Positions 56,590 through 61,787 of a stretch of DNA of 61,787 nucleotides are shown here, in pieces; the first letter of the stretch is position 1, and each line of letters begins with the position of its first letter. A program made the translations under genes and the position numbers. The notes under the pieces are model-generated. The model was not told where the DNA came from. It saw only the letters and a list, made by a program, of their open reading frames with translations, and ran no database searches. Source of the DNA: an uncultured Clostridia bacterium (GTDB lineage Bacteria; Bacillota; Clostridia; Christensenellales; Borkfalkiaceae). The stretch is taken from assembly GCA_964624495.1 (NCBI GenBank), contig CAZUYN010000001.1, positions 1 through 61,787 on the forward strand, read 5' to 3'.

Positions 56590-57258
56590 TCAGACTTCGA
56601 ACTTATATCCGACCCCCCTTAAAGTCACGATAAATTTGCGGTACTGCTTCAGGTTCGCGCGGAGCATTTTTATATGCGTATCCACCGTTCTGTCGTCGCC
56701 GTAAAAATCGAAGCCCCATACGTCGTAGAGCAACTTTTCACGCGTTAAGGCAATGCCCTTATTCTTAATGAAATAGAAGAGTATGTCGTATTCCTTGGGG
56801 GTAAGGTCTACCTTTTCCCCGTCCACGAACACGTTGCGCCCCACCATATCGACGGTTAGCCCCTCGAAGGTAACTTTGTCGCCCGTTTCCTCTTTAAGCT
56901 GTTTGCGCTTGGTGACGGCGTTTATCCGTGCCATAACCTCCTTGGGCGAGAAAGGCTTGGTAACGTAGTCGTCTACGCCTATTTCAAACCCGAAAAGCTT
57001 ATCGTATTCCTCCCCCCTTGCGGACAGCATAATAACGGGCACGTCCTTGTTCTTTTTAATTTCCTTGACGGCGGAAAAGCCGTCGAGACGCGGCATCATT
57101 ACGTCCATTAAGACGACGTCGAAATCTTCTTCTTTACACATGCTTACGGCTTCCATTCCGTCTGCCGCTTCATACGCTTCGTTCCCCTCGAATTCGACGT
57201 ATTCCTTTAAAACGTTCCTTATCATCTCCTCGTCGTCAACGATTAAAACTTTCATCAT
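56590..57258 (-). CDS. OmpR/PhoB-family response regulator
   Basis: Receiver domain (VLIVDDEE...VLMDVMMPRLDG...) plus a winged-helix trans_reg_C domain (...TVDTHIKMLR...LRGVGYKF). SD GGAGGT. Confidence 0.92.
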   Translation of the reverse strand: MMKVLIVDDEEMIRNVLKEYVEFEGNEAYEAADGMEAVSMCKEEDFDVVLMDVMMPRLDGFSAVKEIKKNKDVPVIMLSARGEEYDKLFGFEIGVDDYVTKPFSPKEVMARINAVTKRKQLKEETGDKVTFEGLTVDMVGRNVFVDGEKVDLTPKEYDILFYFIKNKGIALTREKLLYDVWGFDFYGDDRTVDTHIKMLRANLKQYRKFIVTLRGVGYKFEV

Positions 57259-57369
57259 ATACCTCCGCGCCTTATATTACACTATAATTATAAACCCAAA
57301 TCATAAATAAGAAAAGGCGTGACAATGAAAAATGCGTGAAAGTTTTTTAAATTTTTTATTTGCAACGGC

Positions 57370-57421
57370 TTGACAAGCCCCGTTACGGGTGATATTATAT
57401 AGTTAGCAAACATATGTTTGC
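57370..57421 (+). promoter_or_regulatory. Promoter of the radical-SAM/DUF4130 operon with a 16-bp perfect palindrome at the predicted transcription start (LexA/Cheo-box-like)
   Basis: TTGACA (57370-57375), 17 nt, TGaTATTAT (57390-57398). GCAAACATATGTTTGC (57406-57421) is AAAC-N4-GTTT, one position per half-site away from CGAACNNNNGTTCG. Confidence 0.55.
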
Positions 57422-57438
57422 GAAAGGGGAACGCCGCT

Positions 57439-58695
57439 ATGATTGACGAACGAAGGCTCCGAATATTGACCGAAAGCGCCAAATACGACGTTTCCTGTTC
57501 CTCCTCGGGTTCAAAACGGGTGAATACCGCGGGGGGATTGGGTAACGCTTCCGTCGGCGGGATATGCCACTCCTTTACCCCCGACGGAAGATGTATATCC
57601 TTACTTAAAATTCTTATGAGCAACGCCTGCCTTTACGACTGCGAATACTGCCCGAACAGGCGCAGCGCGGACGTGCCGAGGGCGGGCGTCACTCCCGACG
57701 AAATTTGCGAGCTTACCGTGAATTTTTACAAGCGCAACTATATCGAGGGCTTGTTTTTATCCTCTGCGGTGTTCTCTTCGCCCAACCGCACGATGGAATT
57801 ACTGACCGAAACGGTCGTTAAATTAAGAAAGGTCTATAACTTCAACGGCTATATCCACTTAAAAGGCATACCCAACGCCGACGAGGCGCTGATTATGCGC
57901 GCGGCGAAATTCGTTGACCGTATGAGTTTTAACATAGAATTGCCGAGCGAAAAGTCGTTGAATCTGCTCGCGCCGCAGAAGAGCAAGAACGCCTTGCTGC
58001 TGCCTATGAAGAAGCTTAGCGAAGCCATAACCCGCGACAGGGAAAATAAGGTGAAACACAGCCGCCGCGTTATACCCGCCGGACAGACCACGCAGATGAT
58101 TGTGGGCGCTTCGCCCGAATGCGACGGGCAGATACTGCGGCTTACCGAGGCACTGTACAGACGAATCGGGCTTAAAAGGGTATACTACTCCTCCTACGTC
58201 CCCGTCGTCAAAAGCTCTAAACTGCCGACGGTCGGGGCGGGGCTTTTAAGGGAGCACCGCCTTTATCAGGCGGACTGGCTGATACGCTTTTACGGCTTTG
58301 ACGTGAGCGAAATCTGCGACGAAAACGACAACCTCTCTATGGAACTGGACCCCAAATGCGCCTGGGCGCTGAGGCATATGGAGCAGTTCCCCGTAGAGAT
58401 TAACACCGCGCCTTTGGAAATGTTGCTGCGCGTGCCCGGCATAGGCGCAAAGGGCGCGTACCGCATAACCGAAGCCAGAAAATATGCCGCCCTGAGCTTC
58501 GACAATCTTGCCAAAATGCGGATAGTTCTTAAACGGGCAAGACATTTTATTACCTGCAAGGGTAAATTTTACGGGTCTGACAGCATTAAAACGGTAAACG
58601 CCGCGCTGTTGACCGACGGCGGCGACAACGCCGAACAGCTCTCCCTGTTCTCCACTCCCTCAACCGCGCTCAGCGCTTTATCGGGGGAATTATGA
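57439..58695 (+). CDS. Putative DNA modification/repair radical SAM protein (TIGR03916-like)
   Basis: CLYDCEYC (CxxxCxxC) cluster motif and a C-terminal helix-hairpin-helix (LLRVPGIGAKGAYRI). ATG 57439 follows SD AAGGGGA. Confidence 0.8.
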   Translation: MIDERRLRILTESAKYDVSCSSSGSKRVNTAGGLGNASVGGICHSFTPDGRCISLLKILMSNACLYDCEYCPNRRSADVPRAGVTPDEICELTVNFYKRNYIEGLFLSSAVFSSPNRTMELLTETVVKLRKVYNFNGYIHLKGIPNADEALIMRAAKFVDRMSFNIELPSEKSLNLLAPQKSKNALLLPMKKLSEAITRDRENKVKHSRRVIPAGQTTQMIVGASPECDGQILRLTEALYRRIGLKRVYYSSYVPVVKSSKLPTVGAGLLREHRLYQADWLIRFYGFDVSEICDENDNLSMELDPKCAWALRHMEQFPVEINTAPLEMLLRVPGIGAKGAYRITEARKYAALSFDNLAKMRIVLKRARHFITCKGKFYGSDSIKTVNAALLTDGGDNAEQLSLFSTPSTALSALSGEL

Positions 58696-59417
58696 AGTAT
58701 TATTTAACCGACGGCACGGAGGACTGTTTTTATACCGCGGTCTTTGACGCGTACAACGACGAGGACTGCCGCATAACGCCGGAAGCCGACGTGCAGATTG
58801 AAGTCGGTTGCGAGCTTATAGAAGTGCGGACCGACAGCGCGAAAGCGGAGAGAGTAAAAAAGAAGCTCCGCCGTCTGGACGGCGGAGCCTTAAACGAAAT
58901 CGGGTTGATTTTAAGGAGCTGTGAAGCGACCCGTGAAACGGCGGCGTTTTTATACATAAAACTGATTATAGCGCGCGGCGCGCCCGTACGCGCAATGCAA
59001 AGCGAGCCGTGCGTATTCGAGGCGACCGATATACGCAACAGGGTCACGGGCGAACTGCATAGATTGAAGGGCTTTTTGCGGTTTATGGAGAACGCGGACG
59101 GTATTTTATACGCGCCGTACGCGCCCGACAATAACGTAACCGATTTATTGGCGGTACATTTTGCGCAGAGGCTGGGCGCACAGAAATTCGTAATTCACGA
59201 TTTAAAGAGAAATATAGCCGCCCTTTACGACGGCGGACAGATTGTTATGACTCGCGTGAACGCCGCGGAGATTTACCTTTCGGAGCACGAAAAATATTTC
59301 GAGGGACTGTGGAAGCAATATTATAAATCGGTCAATATCGCCTCGCGCCCCCACGAAAAGCAGATGAAGGGTTATATGCCCGTACGCTATTGGAAATTCC
59401 TGCCCGAAAAAAATTAA
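58692..59417 (+). CDS. TIGR03915/DUF4130-family putative DNA repair protein (partner of the radical SAM protein)
   Basis: 241 aa, with an ATGA start/stop overlap with the radical SAM gene. The C-terminal ...WKQYYKSVNIASRPHEKQMKGYMPVRYWKFLPE pattern is typical of the family as I recall it. Confidence 0.7.
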   Translation: MKYYLTDGTEDCFYTAVFDAYNDEDCRITPEADVQIEVGCELIEVRTDSAKAERVKKKLRRLDGGALNEIGLILRSCEATRETAAFLYIKLIIARGAPVRAMQSEPCVFEATDIRNRVTGELHRLKGFLRFMENADGILYAPYAPDNNVTDLLAVHFAQRLGAQKFVIHDLKRNIAALYDGGQIVMTRVNAAEIYLSEHEKYFEGLWKQYYKSVNIASRPHEKQMKGYMPVRYWKFLPEKN

Positions 59418-59427
59418 TTTTTTAAAC

Positions 59428-59451
59428 GGCGTGCGGAAGCCTCCGCACGCC
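59428..59451. terminator. Bidirectional terminator between the repair operon and the protease gene
   Basis: GGCGTGCGGA-AGCC-TCCGCACGCC forms a 10-bp stem with T-rich tracts on both strands. Confidence 0.75.
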
Positions 59452-59467
59452 TTGATTTTAAGAGTAC

Positions 59468-60184
59468 TTAACCGATATACTCGATAACTTTATTTATGGG
59501 TATACAGTAGACTATACCGTAAATAACGTTACCCGAAGCGTCTTTTGTTCTGAATGTGGTAATTCCTATCAATCTTCCGTTTTCGTCTAAAAGCGCTCCT
59601 CCGCTGTTTCCTGCGGCAATTGTTAAATCGCATTGAATAACGCTTCTCGTTAAACCGTCCAACTCAATATTAACAAGAGGCACGCTAATAATTCCCGCAA
59701 ATATTCCCACACCGTAGTTGGAAGCGTTCCCAACGGCGTATACCTTTGCCCCCGATTGCAGATTATCCGAATCAGCGAAAACGGCAGGTTTTAAGGTAAC
59801 GCCTGAAAGGTCAGCTAATTTTAAAACGGCTACGTCCAAATCCAAATCAAACTTTTCAAGAGTGACGGCGCGATAGTCGTCCTCGAATGAAAATCTTACG
59901 TAGTAATTTTCAAATTGGTTTACCGTATTTAACCGCGTGTAAGTAACGACGTGCGCGTTGGTTATAATTTTGCCGTCAGAGGAAATAATCTCTCCCGTGC
60001 CAAAACTCTCGCCAACTTTCTCGCTTTCGGCTTTGACCTCTACCACGTTGTAAAGACATTCGTTATAAATGTCAGTCGCGGTTTTGGGTTTAGCGATTTG
60101 AATAAAATGAATGGCTATTGAAGCTGCTGACAGAACAAGACTTAAAATCACGCAGCACCATAAAGCCGTATTTTTTCTTTTCAT
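59468..60184 (-). CDS. Membrane-anchored trypsin-like serine protease (S1C/HtrA-like, no PDZ domain)
   Basis: Catalytic contexts TNAHVV, DVAVLK and GNSGGAL, with an N-terminal TM helix. ATG 60184 follows SD AAGGAAA. Confidence 0.85.
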   Translation of the reverse strand: MKRKNTALWCCVILSLVLSAASIAIHFIQIAKPKTATDIYNECLYNVVEVKAESEKVGESFGTGEIISSDGKIITNAHVVTYTRLNTVNQFENYYVRFSFEDDYRAVTLEKFDLDLDVAVLKLADLSGVTLKPAVFADSDNLQSGAKVYAVGNASNYGVGIFAGIISVPLVNIELDGLTRSVIQCDLTIAAGNSGGALLDENGRLIGITTFRTKDASGNVIYGIVYCIPINKVIEYIG

Positions 60185-60242
60185 TTTGTATTTTCCTTTG
60201 TATACGGTTGATAAGTTGCCTACCGTAACGGCAGTCATTTAT

Positions 60243-60288
60243 TTAAGTTACGAGCCGTTCGGACTTCGCCAAACGGCTCGTAACTTAA
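60243..60288. repeat. 17-bp perfect inverted repeat at the core/islet boundary
   Basis: TTAAGTTACGAGCCGTT (60243-60259), 12-nt loop, AACGGCTCGTAACTTAA (60272-60288). No U-tract on either strand. Confidence 0.9.
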
Positions 60289-60299
60289 TTGTGAAGCAA

Positions 60300-60563
60300 T
60301 TATGACTTCAGTTCAAGTTTGAAAATTTGTCTAAAATCGTTAAAACAATCATCACATATCCAATGATATCTATCTTCGGTACAAAACCCCACCTTCAAAT
60401 CCTGCTGATTACAACTGAATTTTGCCCAGCAAAAAACACAATGGCTATGATCCCCATCTTTAATGGTAAAAGATGACTTACATACCGTTTTACCCATAAG
60501 ATATTTATCTTGACCTCTGTAACGCCAATCATTAACTAATTGTTCTCTATTAGTTATAATCAT
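60300..60563 (-). CDS. Small Cys/His-rich (zinc-ribbon-like) protein, possible immunity-type protein
   Basis: 87 aa from ATG 60563 (SD GGGAG). Motif DHSHCVFCW...WICDDCF. ATGA overlap with the upstream 37-codon ORF. Confidence 0.5.
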   Translation of the reverse strand: MIITNREQLVNDWRYRGQDKYLMGKTVCKSSFTIKDGDHSHCVFCWAKFSCNQQDLKVGFCTEDRYHWICDDCFNDFRQIFKLELKS

Positions 60564-60673
60564 TTTAACTCCCAACTCCCATCAGGATATATTCTATAGC
60601 TGTCGCCATTTGGAGCCTCATAATCCCAATATCGTTTCCACCAATAATCTTTAAAAAAGAGTCTTAACGACAT
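60560..60673 (-). CDS. 37-codon Trp/Tyr-rich ORF (MSLRLFFKDYWWKRYWDYEAPNGDSYRIYPDGSWELK), uncertain
   Basis: Below the ORF-track size cutoff. It is translationally coupled (ATGA) to the next gene and has no SD. It may be a gene remnant. Confidence 0.3.
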   Translation of the reverse strand: MSLRLFFKDYWWKRYWDYEAPNGDSYRIYPDGSWELK

Positions 60674-60731
60674 TTATAATTGTTTTCGTACGGGGTAAAA
60701 TCTACCCCGTACGAAATCCGTTTCAGTTCAA

Positions 60732-61166
60732 CTATTCTAGATTTTTAATATAAATCTCATAATTATCGCCATACCAATTCCTAAATTGAGAAATGAAAAC
60801 AGGAAGTTTGTTTTTTAATCCTTCTATGACGTCATCAATGCGATTGCGCTCAAACTCGTCCAAAATCTCGTTTTTATATTCAACCATAATTTTTAAATAT
60901 TGTTGTGGATCTAACGGGTATAAAAATCTTGCAACCAAAAACCTAATGTATTTATTATCATATTGCAATAAATCTTTGAATTGCTCAATACCTTCGTCAG
61001 ATTGAAGAATTATTTTCAAGTTCTTATCTATTCGCCTGCCTAACTTAATCGTTAATTTTTCGTCGTAGTCAGGATTATTTATCTGATTATCTATATTTGT
61101 ATAATCATGCAAATAAATTTCGTCGTTTAAAAATTCTTCCATTGCTTTTTTTATACGATTTGTCAT
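60732..61166 (-). CDS. DUF2019-like helical-repeat protein (candidate immunity protein)
   Basis: 144 aa. The segment LLQYDNKYIRFLVARFLYPLDPQQ resembles the DUF2019 core (LL.h.n..vR..aA..Ll...P). ATGA overlap with the upstream toxin-like ORF. A 13-bp hairpin lies downstream at 60685-60715. Confidence 0.5.
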   Translation of the reverse strand: MTNRIKKAMEEFLNDEIYLHDYTNIDNQINNPDYDEKLTIKLGRRIDKNLKIILQSDEGIEQFKDLLQYDNKYIRFLVARFLYPLDPQQYLKIMVEYKNEILDEFERNRIDDVIEGLKNKLPVFISQFRNWYGDNYEIYIKNLE

Positions 61167-61671
61167 TTTATTATACCTTTTATAGCCATATAATAGTTCC
61201 CCCCCTTATATTCAGCAAATATAGGATATGCTGGCACCGCAGAGCTAATTACATTTTTTGCGTCAATATATTCAGCAGTAATACAGCTTTTACCCATTGA
61301 CGCCATTCTTGAAGCCATTTCGCTAAACTTATAAGGTCGTAAATTGATTTTAACTGGTCTGCTCGAATTTGCTTGACACTCAAAATAAACTTCAGGGTCA
61401 ATTTGATTCCTATTATTTTTAGAAATATCTTTAATTAATTTAATTGTAGCCCCAACCAAAGATGCGGCAAAAACAATTTTTTTACCGCCCACATATTCTT
61501 CAGTAGCACCGCAACCAGGATAGTATTTATCTACAGCATCAGCAGTTAAAGCAACACCCGCCGCAATTAATGCAGTAATTGTCGCATATGTACCTATCGT
61601 AGCTGCAATTAATTCTGGTGTACATAATACACAAACATTTGTAGGAACACCGGCAAAAAATGAAAGTCCAT
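61163..61671 (-). pseudogene. Toxin-like small protein (hydrophobic N-terminal segment + unassigned C-terminal domain), frameshifted after codon 5
   Basis: The ORF-track part (61163-61492) stays open in frame up to 61672 with no start codon. The only ATG (61671, MDFHF...) is one frame off. One extra T in the T6 run (plus-strand A 61655-61660) gives MDFHFFAGVPTNVCVLCTPELIAATIGTYATITALIAAGVALTADAV... Confidence 0.45.
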
Positions 61672-61787
61672 CTCAGTCGCAGATGACCTAAATATTATTT
61701 AATTTTTTGTCCAACTTTTGGGGTACACCCCATTTAAGCACTGCCTGTTAAAATTACTTAAATTTTTTATTCCTCTGCCGCTTTTAT

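Larger units (their letters stand above)
60289..61787. other. AT-rich accessory islet (toxin/immunity-like cassette), truncated by the window end
   Basis: There is an abrupt shift to AT-rich composition after the 60243-60288 hairpin. Four small minus-strand ORFs follow, two pairs of them with ATGA start/stop overlaps. Confidence 0.5.

Noticed and set aside
54289-57339. Shared 12-mer AAAAATGCGTGA upstream of both the uvrB promoter (54289-54300) and the radical-SAM operon promoter (57328-57339)
   Set aside because: The two copies have opposite orientations relative to their genes, and dozens of 12-13-mer coincidences are expected in a 62-kb window when both strands are compared.

Overview
This is a 61.8-kb chromosomal segment of a moderately GC-rich, endospore-forming Firmicute. 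It looks Clostridia-like: pro-sigma-K, a reverse rubrerythrin, a DegV pair and Cheo-type SOS boxes. It holds about 55 protein genes, mostly on the minus strand, plus one tRNA-Ser(GGA). I saw no rRNA, CRISPR array, transposase or integrase. The core is housekeeping: hpt with a purine permease, mgtE, tyrS, sigK, a heterodimeric ABC exporter, ilvA-ridA, argS, ychF, der-plsY, rluD-lspA, birA-recX, ilvE, uvrBA, tcdA and an OmpR/histidine-kinase pair. Two visibly AT-rich accessory islets sit at the window edges. Islet (i), about 131-2790, has an XRE controller divergent from a 708-aa fused PD-ExK-like / N6-adenine methyltransferase (Type IIG-like) gene, with a palindromic operator between them. Islet (ii), about 60289-61787, has a translationally coupled toxin-like / DUF2019-like immunity cassette plus two small Cys/Trp-rich ORFs. 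The most notable signals are: (a) a poly(G)10 tract that uncouples a lipoprotein signal peptide from a 987-aa beta-helix/repeat surface protein, a candidate phase switch; (b) a 107-aa protein with about 21% Cys that contains 9-bp tandem repeats; (c) an SOS-box-like palindrome over the promoter of a radical-SAM/DUF4130 putative DNA-repair pair; (d) an orphan MazF toxin with no room for an antitoxin; (e) at least six genes whose ATG lies 6-7 nt downstream of a consensus -10 with no Shine-Dalgarno, i.e. leaderless candidates; (f) four to five +/-1 frameshifts at short homopolymers. The frameshifts may be real switches or pseudogenes, or they may be assembly indel errors; that caveat applies to every frameshift-based claim below. 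All family assignments come from motif recognition by eye, with no database search.
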